From Octopus bimaculoides (Eukaryota): 43,832 bases of DNA. The first letter of the stretch is position 1. The number at the start of each line of letters is the position of its first letter. Below the pieces are notes generated by a model. The model saw nothing but the letters and a program-made list of their open reading frames with translations, was not told the DNA's origin and ran no database searches. Made by a program: the position numbers and the translations under genes. The stretch is taken from assembly GCF_001194135.2 (NCBI RefSeq), contig NC_068984.1, positions 13,853,104-13,896,935 on the forward strand. The letters run 5' to 3'. Shown piece after piece: positions 12,330-25,384 of the stretch.

Positions 12330-13074
12330 GTGAGACGAAGACGAAATGTAGTTGATGTTTTAAATATGAACGATGCGACATTTAGGAAACAGCTAATATC
12401 AATAACTTGAATTATACATGTGAATATGTGTCTGAATGACGCATTGCCGATTGTGTGTATAAATATGAATTGCATTTATGAAATATGTTTGCGCATATGC
12501 ATATGCTTATATAACAATATTATCGTAGTCAGTTGTTTTGTGCAGCAAAAGGTCATCAGCTCACAGCGACAATAATATTGTTACCGTTTCTTTCCATTGT
12601 TATTTACTGTTCGGAATGCCTAGACATCCAAACTCCATATTTCCATTTTTTACGAAACTTAAAGTTGTTTCCTATTTGATATCAGTTTATTTTCTTTCAT
12701 TTTTCACTGTTATTATCCCTTTACTCCTTTACTTTCATCTGAATTTAACAATCACCCATAGAGAATATATCTGTTCATTGAATACATCTCTACTTCATGC
12801 TATTTCATATGACTGTGAATATGTTATAAGTTAGCGCCTTATGAAATACTCACAATTTGGAGAGAATAACTAGATAAAAATAATACGAATACGACACATA
12901 ATTAATAAGAGGGAGATTTATACATTGTATCAGGCCTGGGTTCATTAATGGTATTTTGTTTATACCATGACAAGGAGAAATTAGATTTTTCTTTCAGATG
13001 TTTATCAATTGCAGCTCAGCTCACGATTCTGCAAACGTACCCCCTTATTTCTAATTTAAGAACAAAGACAACAA

Positions 13075-13185
13075 CTTTGAGGGTAGTGAGGTAGTCGATA
13101 CAATTGACTGTACCGTTTGACTACTACTATATTTTATCGACACCAGAAGAATGAATAAGAAAGATGACCGCAACGGTATCTAAAC
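13075..13185 (-). mobile_element. Old SINE family B remnant
   Basis: TTTGAGGGTAGTGAGGTAGTCGATAC...TTTTATCGACACCAGAAGAATGAA resembles the reverse-strand family B copy at 27423-27640. Confidence 0.5.
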
Positions 13186-13695
13186 ACCGAAAACATACTA
13201 TGCCACGTTTTCTTCGGACCCCCTAACAATTCTGCTATTCCAACAACAATAATACTAAAACTATCATTTCGACTTTTGCACAACCAACCAATTACATACA
13301 ACTGCTACTAATAATAATTCTATCAGTTCTATAATCATTATCTAAAAGATGCTGTTTATTTTTCTTATACGAACAAAAATATCCCCTTCAGATAAAAACA
13401 TTTTCCGCTATTGTAAATTTCGTATATAATAGGAGAGATAAAGTAGAAGAGAATTTCCAGCTTTCCTCCAGGGTCTGGTGTAGTGTAGGTTTGTTATTGA
13501 TTTTGTGGCTGTACGTGAAGTTCTGCTGATTAATTTTTATATCGATTATTTCCGTTCATTCATTCAGCATAGAACATGAACGTATCTATGAATATATGAA
13601 TGCCTGTATGACTGGATAGATGCATAGATCTACATACAAGCAATCTGTCATCTTATCATTGCTCCTTCATCACTTTCCCTCTCTCTCTCTCTCTT

Positions 13696-13736
<41 letters not shown>

Positions 13737-14189
13737 ACGTGTGTGTGTGTGTGTGTGCGCGCGTATACATATACATATGTATGTGTATATATATTTATGT
13801 GTCTAAAAGAGTATAACAATCTGCAGTAGCTTATGATCGGCAGCGTATGATAACGAAGAGATGACGGTTATATTGTGTGATTGAGTGAATCATTGTCAAG
13901 AAACTGAACGGAGTTTTAAATAAAGTTCATAATGGTTGTGGTTGTAGTAACAGCAATGCACCAGTAGATGTGTTCAGTACTTTAATAAATATGTCAAGTA
14001 GCCGGTCGGAGAAGTTCAGCTAATGATCCGATTTTATGATAGTTCTTTACTGAACAGTAAATTGTATTGTTTGGGACGCAATTTTTGAAACGTATATATG
14101 TATACGAGATTGCCATAAAAGATTATGAGAGCAAGTTTATTATTGAGAAGGAACTTTTACAGGGATTTTTAGATTTTGTGTATTATTTA

Positions 14190-14480
14190 TGCGCAAGCAT
14201 GGCTGTCTGGTTAAAAATTTCCTTGCACACTACGTGGTCCTCATTTCGGTCTCATCGCGTGGCATCTTAGGCAAGTGTTTTCCGTTATAATTGTTAACCG
14301 GCCAACGCTTTGCGAGTAAATATTGTAAGGCGGATCTGTATGGAAAGCCGTCATGTGTGTGTGTGTATGTGTGTGTATGTGGGGGGGGGGCTGTTTGCGC
14401 TTTTAATGCATGAATATGGCTGTGGGTATCTTTGCGTTTGTTCCTCCACCGCTTAACAATCAGATGCCGGTTTGTTCGTT
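14190..14480 (+). mobile_element. Diverged SINE family A copy
   Basis: GCATGGCTGTCTGGTTAA...GGCAAGTGTTTTC...CTTTGCGAGT head, TG spacer, then a degraded tail CCACCGCTTAACAATCAGATGCCGG. Confidence 0.65.
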
Positions 14481-14997
14481 TCTCCACAATTTTGAAGTTA
14501 CGCAAGATAGACGGATGAAATAAATATTTTAAAAGAACATAAGTACTGGCATCGATGTGATCGATTAAACTCTTCAAGGCACTCTACCATCATGGCTGCA
14601 GTTCCATGATTAAAATAAATATAAAATAATAAGAGAGTAACAAGATTCTAATCTTACCTGTGTATTTCTTGCGCGTAGTGATCGTGCATTTTAACACATG
14701 AACAAGTGACAGCGGGATTTCATGTCATAGTTAATGAAATATTAGACTGTATCCACAGAATATTGCAACTCTGACAAAATGTTTTGTTGTCGAGTTAGAG
14801 CTATCCCTGCATAAGGAGGGTTAAACCAGATAACTGGAGTACTATCAACTCCACCTCATTCCATGCGGTAGATGTTAAAGCAAGTAATTCATTATCGTTG
14901 TAAATTATAATGGACAACATAATCGAATCTTGAGGTAGAAAACTACTAATTGAATATGCATCCGCAAAACACTTGTTTATGATGTAACAGACTTGAT

Positions 14998-15445
14998 AAG
15001 ATCTGTCCCTTAACCCTTCCACCTAAGTTAAAAGTTAAATTATTTAGAACACTGACTGAGCCGGTCCTTCTTTATGGATCAGAGACCTAGACCTTATCGG
15101 CTCTCTTAGAAAACATCTTGATCGAACATATAACAACCTCTTTGGAAAGATACCGGACATCTGTTGGAGATCAAACCAAACACTTAGTAACACATACGGA
15201 AATCTAACGTCAATATCTCTCAAGCTAAAGCAGAAACGACTGCAATTTGCTGGCCACCGTCAACGAGCAGAGAAAGAGGTTATCACATCTCTGGTCCTGT
15301 GGCATCACACTGGAAGTGTTTTCTCTAGGAAACTGACATTTCCAGACACTATATCTCAGGACTCATGGCTGGATATTAGGGATCTGAACACAGCAATGCA
15401 GGACCGTGTAGTGTGAAAAGCGATTGTCAATGGAGTTCTGAACAA
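14998..15445 (+). mobile_element. RTE-clade LINE, 3' end of ORF (decayed)
   Basis: Translates to LKVKLFRTLTEPVLLYGSET*TL...LKQKRLQFAGHRQRAEKEVITSLVLW...RKLTFPDTISQD...AMQDRVV*, the typical post-RT C-terminus of RTE ORFs. A short (GAT)n follows at ~15462. Confidence 0.8.
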
Positions 15446-16554
15446 CCATAAGTTGGTAGAAGGATGATGATGATAATTGAGGGTATAGTCCATGTTGAAA
15501 TGCCAAAAGATGTGTAGAGTTTTTGCAATACTGCGATGTAGCTGACTGATAAAAGACGATAGGTGCATATATGTGAGTTTAGCTTGAGGTACAGAAAAGC
15601 CATCTATTAGTTTAAATATTTAGTGATAGCCGGAATAAGACGCATTGCTTTTGTTATAGTCCCAAATAGATTGAGATCTACGAAAACCATGTTGCAGGTA
15701 ACTGAGAAAGGAGAGATTCAGCCACATGTAAAAGGTGGTTGTCGCTTAAAGAGCTTGATAGAGTAGAAAATGTTAGGATCGAAACGGATCGCCTTCATGG
15801 AAAAATGCTCAATGTAAGGTCCAATTTGGTCGCTTTTCTTGATTCTTAAATCTACTAAAATTGACGTGGTCGGAATGAGTGTGTTAGGATTTACCGCGCA
15901 CTTTCTGCATAATTGTACAAGCACATTTAGAACTAACTAAACAATGAAAGATTGTCGGCGAATACAAGACCGTTGTTTGTGAGACTAGAAATCTGGTGGA
16001 ACTCAACAGAAGACTTTACCTCTTCTGTGTCTTACATGTTTAGTATCCAACTGTTAGAATGTCTGTATGATAAATGGAGGCGTTAAGTTTGAATATTGTC
16101 AAGAAGTTATTATTTTATTGGTTTCAGTATTCTTGAGCTGAAACCTTGCTGGAGGCAGCGCCGCCGAATGGTTTACTGTATTGCATCAATTCCAATAACC
16201 TAACACAACTATTATATAAACTTCTATTAACCGACTAGATAATTCCATCTTGGCATAAACATAGTCGCTGTCAGATTTAAACATCACCATCAACCTGAAG
16301 TGTCATTTTATGAGTGTGTGTGTATGTGTGCTCGTATGAGTGTGTGCGCGTGTGTGTAAATCGAATGTGGTTTTATTGGGATTATTAAGTCATTTTCAAT
16401 AGAAGTCGTACATGCAGGATTTCTGTGTCGGTATATACTTTTTAAAGGTAAGATGTATATGTGTGTATACACATTCAGTGGCGGGCCATAAAACAGAGGG
16501 TGCGTGGACTCATCAGTCCGTAGACTAGGGTGGCTTTGGGGGAAAATACTAGCC

Positions 16555-16890
16555 ACCCCTTAGCCTCCCTTGCCAGATATATGACGTTGGATAACCACCG
16601 AGGCAGATGAGTCCAAGACCAGCAATTTGAAGGTTATTGCGGCCAATGGAAGATCCGCACCACCAGACAACAGATGGGCGTCAACTAGCAAGTGAGCTGC
16701 AGCTTCGGGGTAACCGCATCGTCGACCATGCTCATTACACTCTTGTACATCACATGACACTTCGCGTCGAGGCCTAGAGAGGCAAGCTGGGGGGATAGGG
16801 ACATCAACTGCCTTACTCAGCGTCCAAAGGCGTATTCAAAGCTGAATAAGGCATCAACGTCGAGTTACGATACACAACCGGCGACGACAG
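16555..16890. mobile_element. GC-rich interspersed-repeat fragment, possibly an RTE-type LINE 5' UTR
   Basis: Sharply bounded GC-rich block in AT-rich DNA with no convincing ORF. The resemblance to RTE 5' UTRs is from memory only. Confidence 0.3.
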
Positions 16891-17019
16891 ATGTCATTAC
16901 TTCATATCCTGATATTCATGCATATAACAATAAATATAAAAATTATATACGTTACATACAGCATTAACATGAATTCTGAGTAGAATACAACATTGCTCGT
17001 TATTCTTTTCAAAAAATAG

Positions 17020-17061
17020 TTTTGGCACTAACCAATAATGAGATCAGAGCTGCCTCCTCTT
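17020..17061 (+). CDS. Candidate 42-nt phase 1-1 exon
   Basis: TATTCTTTTCAAAAAATAG acceptor and CTT|GTAAGT donor. Only phase 1 is open (xLALTNNEIRAASS). Confidence 0.2.
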
Positions 17062-17531
17062 GTAAGTAACTGTCTGATGGTTTCCCAAATAAACAAAGAA
17101 GCAGTAATTCAATAATTGTATTAAATTATTTCCTTTAATATAGCTCGCTTTCAAAAGAAGAAAACAGACAAATTTATTTCCTGTTAATAACTGCATACAT
17201 TAACCATTAGCCGGCCGTTTAGGCTGATACCCAAATAAAAATACCAATACATTTCATCAGACGCACAGATACATGGTAGTTATATGTGAAATTGTTTTAA
17301 CGTACAAGCATATGTCTCAATACTTAAGCTACAACAACAATTGAAAAAGAACACGATTTTCCAAGCAAATAAGCATTCAAAGAAACGCATCGTCCTTATT
17401 CGAAAGATACAAAATCACACTACTTTTAACATGAGAAAGGTACAGACTCTCAATCAAATAAACTCGACACAGCAGTGAAATGACATTCATTACCAATTGA
17501 ATAAACCAGCGAAATATAATAGATTATGTTG

Positions 17532-17562
<31 letters not shown>

Positions 17563-17900
17563 NNNNNNNNNNNNNNNNNNNNNNNNNNNNNNNNNNNNNN
17601 NNNNNNNNNNNNNNNNNNNNNNNNNNNNNNNNNNNNNNNNNNNNNNNNNNNNNNNNNNNNNNNNNNNNNNNNNNNNNNNNNNNNNNNNNNNNNNNNNNNN
17701 NNNNNNNNNNNNNNNNNNNNNNNNNNNNNNNNNNNNNNNNNNNNNNNNNNNNNNNNNNNNNNNNNNNNNNNNNNNNNNNNNNNNNNNNNNNNNNNNNNNN
17801 NNNNNNNNNNNNNNNNNNNNNNNNNNNNNNNNNNNNNNNNNNNNNNNNNNNNNNNNNNNNNNNNNNNNNNNNNNNNNNNNNNNNNNNNNNNNNNATATAT

Positions 17901-17931
<31 letters not shown>

Positions 17932-18503
17932 TGTCGACAGACCGACAAATAGATAGATAGATAGACAGATAGACAGATATATATATATATAGATAGATAG
18001 ATAAATACGTTCATGCGCATTCATTTACATTTATTTGAGTATAGGTTTCTTCGAAGTTTCCGTCTGCAAAATTACATTTTTATCACTCTAACTAAACATA
18101 TACCATGGAAAAAGACCCTAGCATAATATTCCGTTGCGTGAGATCGAACCTTGAATCCAGTTGTAGCAAAATATTCACTGAGAAATCATTGACGCAGTAT
18201 AATGAAAACGCAACTTAATATTTCTGTATATCGTCGTTTCGTTTATGGGTGTGACATACTTCAAATTGTTACATTCGAATAATTTCATAAATAATTGCGT
18301 AATTATAAAGGAACTGTCTTTCATAATAAGCGATATGTGATTAAATTTAGTAAATTACTAATTTTGTAGTTTCGTTTATTCTATTTATATCCATGATGTT
18401 AACAACTCGTTGATTTTCACAGCATCGACCCGTAATCGACGGAGAGAAAATATCGATAGTGCGGTAGATAGAAAGATATATATATATATATATACATACA
18501 TGC

Positions 18504-18575
<72 letters not shown>

Positions 18576-19760
18576 ACACACACACATACTGGGAGACCGC
18601 GACAAAGAGATAGATATATGTGTGTGTGCGTGTATGTGCCTGAGTGTATATATGTATNNNNNNNNNNNNNNNNNNNNNNNNNNNNNNNNNNNNNNNNNNN
18701 NNNNNNNNNNNNNNNNNNNNNNNNNNNNNNNNNNNNNNNNNNNNNNNNNNNNNNNNNNNNNNNNNNNNNNNNTTATGCCCAAGCAGATTCATAGATTACC
18801 ACCAGGTCGGTTTGATTTCCCATTAGTTTTTTTACTGTTGTTTTTAGTTTTCTCTTTTATTTACTTCATTATGTGGCTTTATTTTATTTTTCTGCTTTGT
18901 TTTCTTTAATTTCTTCTTCTTTTTTTTTAATTTTGTTACGTCTTTGAAACGTGTCATCAAAGAAGAACACGAAATTTTAATTTTTTTTTTTTTTTTTTTT
19001 TTCGTTTCAGAAGTAGGTTGCCCGAATCTACTCTGAAGATAGTCAATATCAACAACGTCAGCTAATTAAGATAACAAAACGGCCGTGAAATCAGGAAATC
19101 GCAACACCCCGTAAAATCAATCTGTCTGATGCTGATGCTATTTGCGATGAGGAGAGATTTCGAAAATGAAATTTGTCTTTTACGCTTGATTTAACAATTT
19201 ATAATCAATAAGTTTTTCAAATTCGGAAACCATAACACATCACCAATAATTGAAACCACCGTGATCTGAAGATCTTCATTAACGCATGATATTCGAAAAG
19301 TCACACACGCATAGCACATACTAGAAAAATAGAAAATATGGCTGATAGTTATTTGTATGTACAGGCAGACATTTATACACGCAAGCATACTGTCTGCCAG
19401 AATACGCATACACAACATAAACGCTAGCTTACACGTATACATTACGCTATCTCCACCATCAATAGCAAAAAATATATATATAATTAATATTTGCTTTCCT
19501 GATTTTTTGATAATCATGATAAACATCACAAATAGAGCAAAATATTTCAATAATAGTAAAGTTTTTCTATAGTTAACAGGATAATTTGCCGATAAGTTAG
19601 AATGAAAACATTTTTCCTCTTTAATTGTGATCTCAGTGATAAAGGAAAATAATACTCAACATTCGGAATCACTTCTACAATACAATGTATGTCATATAAA
19701 AAAAAACATGTGTATATAGATTCATACGTACATACATGCTTACATACATCTATGTATACA

Positions 19761-19835
<75 letters not shown>

Positions 19836-20179
19836 NNNNNNNNNNNNNNNNNNNNNNNNNNNNNNNNNNNNNNNNNNNNNNNNNNNNNNNNNNNNNNNNN
19901 NNNNNNNNNNNNNNNNNNNNNNNNNNNNNNNNNNNNNNNNNNNNNNNNNNNNNNNNNNNNNNNNNNNNNNNNNNNNNNNNNNNNNNNNNNNNNNNNNNNN
20001 NNNNNNNNNNNNNNNNNNNNNNNNNNNNNNNNNNNNNNNNNNNNNNNNNNNNNNNNNNNNNNNNNNNNNNNNNNNNNNNNNNNNNNNNNNNNNNNNNNNN
20101 NNNNNNNNNNNNNNNNNNNNNNNNNNNNNNNNNNNNNNNNNNNNNNNNNNNNNNNNNNNNNNNNNNNNNNNNNNNNNNN

Positions 20180-20264
<85 letters not shown>

Positions 20265-20439
20265 GTATGTATATATACATATATGTATATGTAAATATAT
20301 GTATATATATATATATAGTCTATCTCTTCATCTTTAATTTACGCACAATCAAACATCTTTTTTTCTCACCATTTGAAATACTCGCCATTTCTTTCTTTCC
20401 TCGGTTCTATTGTTGGGACTAGTCTTTGTCGCTATCCTT

Positions 20440-20767
20440 ACTATAATCATTATGACTATCATCATCGTCATCTTCGTCATCATCATCATCATCATCACCG
20501 TCGTATTTTTTGTATTAATATCGTCAACACACCAGCTTTGATCAGTCTCTCGGTCGTTACCAATCTGAGCTGGATGTAGACAACTTACTATACCCTATTT
20601 CAATATGTAGACTTCAACATCAGCATCAAGAAAATGATGAAAAATCAGCATCATCATCCTCCTTCTACCCGTCTTTATCCTCCGCTTTCTCTTCATAATA
20701 TCCTTTTTTATCATCTTCATTCTTATCATCCTCAATCATATTTTCATCATCCACCTGCTCCTCCTCT

Positions 20768-20834
<67 letters not shown>

Positions 20835-20908
20835 CATTTTTATTATTTTTATCATAATCATCATTATCATCATCATCGTCATCATCATCATCACCATCAT
20901 TATTATTA

Positions 20909-20985
<77 letters not shown>

Positions 20986-21005
20986 TTTATTAATATTATT
21001 ATTAT
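20440..21005. repeat. Compound (CAT)n/(TAT)n trinucleotide microsatellite
   Basis: Long TAT runs at 20770-20830 and 20910-21005 interleaved with CAT runs; source of the poly-H and poly-Y spurious ORFs. Confidence 0.95.
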
Positions 21006-21452
21006 TCAGTAGCCTTATTTTTATAACGTGCTTTCACTTCACTACCGAGCGCAGCTCTGTGTGCCTTGGGTATGTGTTGTGGTTTGTTGTAATGCTCTTA
21101 TAGTTACTGTATTGACAGTGTTTTACATAGGATGTATGCAGTTCCTAGTAGTGCTATTTTCTCTGTGTTATATATACTTGTTAGGACTGGTGTTTTTTTT
21201 ATGAATATATTTTTTATCATACCTAATGCGTTCATTATGATAGGAATTGTTTCTGTCTTTAGACTCCACATTCGAATTACCTCTATTTCCAGGTCTTTCT
21301 ACTTTGTAAGTTTCTCCGTTTCTTTTAGAGAAACGTTGTCATCTACTGGTATTGGTACATCAATTAGAAAGCATTTTTTCTTCATGATCTCTGACAAATA
21401 TATCTGGCCTATTGGCCTTGATTTCTCCTTGTTTTGACATATCCCATAATAT
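21005..21452 (-). mobile_element. R4/Dong-type non-LTR retrotransposon, 5'-truncated (RLE domain plus 3' UTR)
   Basis: Minus strand: ILWDM..EIKANRPDIFVRDHEEK/CFLIDVPIPVDDNVSLKETEKLTK*KDLEIEVIRMWSLKTETIPIIMNALG...EKIALLGTAYIL. This is the RPD..D..P..K..K.Y..L restriction-like endonuclease signature. A 3' UTR follows and runs into (TAA)n. Confidence 0.85.
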
Positions 21453-21454
21453 TA

Positions 21455-21458
21455 TCAT

Positions 21459-21509
<51 letters not shown>

Positions 21510-21510
21510 A
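21455..21510. repeat. (TAC)n microsatellite
   Basis: Pure TAC run between the R4-type and Tx1-type elements. Confidence 0.95.
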
Positions 21511-22150
21511 AAAAAATTTCAACATAGCATTTTCTTTTTCGCTGAGTCAAGAGAAGGTGCGAATTTTTGAAAGCGAAATTGTGTTTCGCCGTCATTTTCT
21601 CCTTCAAAATTTTCATGACCGAACAGTATTAGTAGCAACAACAACAGTAACAGCTAACATAAGAACAACAACAACAATAGTAACGACATCTAAAAGAACT
21701 TGTAGATATGAAAAGAGGGGAAATTACCTTTGAAGAACAATGTTAAAACATCTTAACCTACAGCAGCTACATCAATACTGTGAGAAGCATCGTCCCCAGC
21801 ACCACCAATACCACTACCACAAGCACCACCGATCCGAGCACAGCCTAATTCACACACACAACAGGCAGTGTAGCTATTCCAAAGCGAAAAAATATATACA
21901 TAACCAATACAGATCTCTGAGAACCACATAAATGAAAATGCTAACAGCAATAACTACATAACATCAACAAATGGCATTCCTTCTCACATGAAATCATCCA
22001 AATATTGCTACATAAATACAACACCCAAATTAGCAAATACCCAAAAGGAAGAATAACTTTATGAGCTTCTACGAATAAAAGACTATGGAAAAAACTACTG
22101 GCGGAAATAACCATTGTCAGTCGGATGGACGAGACGCCAGTCATCCACAG
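21510..22150 (+). mobile_element. Probable ORF1/linker remnant of the adjacent Tx1-type LINE
   Basis: A/C-rich low-complexity, stop-interrupted sequence (T/P/N-rich translations) directly upstream of the endonuclease start. No clean motif. Confidence 0.3.
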
Positions 22151-24815
22151 CCATAAGATAAATGTAAATGCACATGTCCTGAGGTCAGCTTGGACGGAGG
22201 GCCATCTGCTCAAAGACTCCATGTCACAAGATATACATGTGGTGGCCATCAGTGACACCAGAGTTTTCGATCCACTAGCTTTCATTCCCATTCTCGGCGG
22301 ATAAGAAATTTACTCATCTCGAAGTCAACTGAAATTCAGGGGGGGGGGGTGATTCGGAAATGTTTGAATCTCTTTTGTAGATCATAGTCGACGCATAATT
22401 CTCAAACCCAAGTGGGATTGTAAGGTTTTTCAGCAGCACTTCGCTCGATTGTTTGGGACGAATGTTGGGCCTAAACGCAAGATGGATGTTGCTGTCTTCC
22501 TCGATGACTAGCCGCAACTCTCGGCAAGAGAGTCTGAGTGTTGAGAAAAGCTGATAAGAGCTGCAGAAATACTGAAATTGATGGTTGGATGCGGGAGGAG
22601 GGAGCAACTCACCTTGTTTGGATGTTCTGCCCTACGAGACTTACTTTTATATACCAGAATTGTTTGTAACCCGCTTGGCAGATATTTACCGCAACTGGCA
22701 GCAGGTCAAGAAGATTGTCAGCTCAGTGAGTCGTATAGCGTTGGCAATGCTAAGAAACGACCCAATAAGAGGTGCCTCATTGACAATTATTGGCCAATAT
22801 CTCTGCTAGACGTAGATTTTTAACATTTTGATTAAGGTATTAGCAAAGAGGTTGGGTCTTGCTGTCAAGGTTCTGATTGCTGATGCACAAACATGAAACA
22901 TCCAAACCAGCTCTAACCGAGATAACCTCCGCATCATATAGATGCATCATATAGAGTGGTAATGAACTTGGCAGTTTAGATTAATCAAACTCTTCCGATA
23001 GGGGAGGGAAACAGCACTTGGCGGCCGTTTTCATTGTGGCTGGTTTCGGCCCCGTCTTCTACGTTTCTGGTCTATGATTCGAGTGAATGATTACCTTCGG
23101 AAACATTCAGCATCATACGCTCGGTGCTTCAAGATTGCCCCTCTTGTCTTTTCTGTATGCACTAACTCCACTGCCATTAGTTCAGAAGTAAGTGACGTTG
23201 AGGTGCACACCGCGCAAACGGGGATGTGGAAGAATTGTGTTAGCATACGCGAATGAGGTCAGTCATGGTGTCGGATGATCAGTTTTGTTCTGAAGGAATA
23301 CGAAGTCGTAACAGGAGCAAAAACTGACCAAGCAAAGTCAGTAGGTTTATAGCTCGGCCTTTTCAGAATCAGGCTCATACTGTCCAACAGCGTCGTGGGA
23401 CGCTGGACCGAAGGACCGGTTAACTTGCCCAGGCTCTGGTTTAATCCAGACATCCAAGTGGGGAAGAACTGAGGCGAGCTGAAGAGAAAGGTAGCCAAAC
23501 TCTCACCCGAAGATAAAGCCTTCCTCGAAAAATCGAGTAGAGATGTTGAACGGACGCATCACATCCGTGACATAGTACCAACTGACTGTTCTAACTTATT
23601 GTAGTTCATGCCTGACCAGACTGGAGCACCATCTCTTGGGCTTTCTGTGGATGGGACTCACTCCGCTTCTCAGGTGCTCCATTTGTTTTCAACACACTAA
23701 GTTGAACACTGGACATGAATGGAATGCGCAGAGCCCGAGGCATCTCCATGGTTTCCTTGACAGTGAACCTGTATTATCGCCGTTTATCAGATTAGCTTTC
23801 CCGTATCTTGTCCCGTTGACTGAGAAGTTGACCTGGGTTAAGCGGAGAGAGAGGCAGGGCGCGCGGCATTAGAATACTCACATGTCTATGCCAATTAGGC
23901 GATGCAGTCGGTGGAATATCCATTTTCGTGTTCTATAAAGTTTTACTAGCAGACAGGAGTGTCGACGTTCTCTGTCACATTGTGAGCGTTGGTTAGAAGC
24001 AACTGACTTGTCTCTTTTGGGGAATATTTGAACCGCAGCCCATAGATAATATTCGGATGTTTTGGTCTGCCAGTGCTACCCGAAGATTTTGCTGCTTTGA
24101 GATAAACTCTACAAGAATGGAAATACCGTCGATCGAGTCTGCTCGATATGCGCGCAGAGTAACGAAATTCTTCTGCGTGCACTCATCCAGTGCCTGAGCA
24201 TTGCTCGACTTGTGGATTTATGTCGACCACCTGTAATCGCAAGTAGAACAGATCCGGATTTGGGAGTCAATCGTGATAAATTTTCGGCCCCCTTATTTTG
24301 ACCGGGGATGGCAGAAAGTATGTATCTGCCTAGTGGCCTTTGCGCAAGATATTGTATGGTATAGCAGATTAAAAGGACTGAAACCAGACACTTTCCACTT
24401 TGGCCAAGCCCTCATCAACTTTCTCAAATGAAATCGGGGACGGAAATTGAGAAAGAATTGCTGCCTTTCAGCAAATGTGTTGAAAATTGGATAAATTTGA
24501 CAAAGATTGCTGAAGCGAATGAGTCTGTTCTGAAAATGTAGCTTTAGCTTGAGAGAGGGGGATGAAGAGAAGGCATATGCCCTAATTGTCGGAGTGATCG
24601 TGGTTTTGTGAGGCTTAGCACGATGAACCAATGGAAGCCTCCATACTTTGGGGAATTTTAAACTTTTATTTATTCTAATCTTTTCCTTTGTTGTTGTTTT
24701 TCGTATTCTTTTGCATAGACGCCCTCCTGAAACATTTCATTACATCATCATACCATAATGGCATTGTTCCGTAGACTCCTTTGTGTTTCTGTGAACCATT
24801 AGTAGTTAAAGAAAT
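22150..24815 (+). mobile_element. Tx1/L1-clade LINE ORF2 pseudogene (truncated APE endonuclease, RT, CCHC) plus 3' UTR
   Basis: EN start (N..VLRSAW..GHLLKD..DIHVVAISDT, ~22155-22300); linker (FQQHFARLFG); RT SPCLDVLPYE (~22610); NYWPISLLDVDF..ILIKVLAKRL; degenerate YADD read as YANE (23246-23257); YEVVTGAKT...GRWTEGPV; CSICAQSNE...RALIQC knuckle (~24140-24193); stop at 24539-24541. The UTR ends AAAGAAAT at ~24815 before ATC-rich repeats. Many stops and frameshifts. Confidence 0.9.
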
Positions 24816-25347
24816 CATCACCACCATCTTCTTCGTTTTCATCATCTTCTTTCTCCCTTCCTTCCCATACATCTTATTCCTTTCCTCTCCTTCTACTCCC
24901 CTCCTCTTAGCCACCCCTTTCTCCTCCTCATCGTTATCATCATCGTCACCATCATCATCATCATCATCATGGGACCACCTTCGGCATTATTGTTCTCCTT
25001 CACCACCACTTTCTGCTGCTGCTGCTGCACCTCTTCCACCTCCTCTTCCACCTCCTTTTCCACTTTCTCTTCCACATCCCCTTCCACCTCCTGTTCCTCA
25101 TTATTATTATTAAGTGAGAAAGCAGTGCATGCCATCAAAGTGACACTGGGGTACAATATACGAAGCCCATTATACCCATCATGATAAGGGTACACCAGGC
25201 ACATAAATTGAGTACCAGTCGCGTACTGATTCGATCTTATCGACTGGCCCCTCTCACCGCAAATTCCGGGTCCTGTGTCTAGAGTAGAAAAGATCATCAT
25301 CATCATCATCATCATCACCACCACTACCATCATCATCATCATCATCA

Positions 25348-25382
<35 letters not shown>
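24815..25382. repeat. Trinucleotide-rich low-complexity tract (CAT, CTG, CCT, TAT)
   Basis: Runs at 24940-24970, 25010-25110 and 25290-25382. Confidence 0.85.

Positions 25383-25384
<2 letters not shown>

Noticed and set aside
14655-14800. Strong minus-strand donor CAG|GTAAGA near 14658
   Set aside because: All frames from plausible upstream acceptors contain stops.
16605-16635. CAGATGAGTCCAAGAC hammerhead-like start
   Set aside because: The core has A instead of U4 and there is no GAAA after the small hairpin.
19011-19090. Strong poly-T acceptor at ~19010
   Set aside because: No good donor with an open frame follows; it cannot be supported as a coding exon.
24293-24631. 112-aa minus-strand ORF
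   Set aside because: It is the antisense shadow of the Tx1 ORF2 C-terminus.
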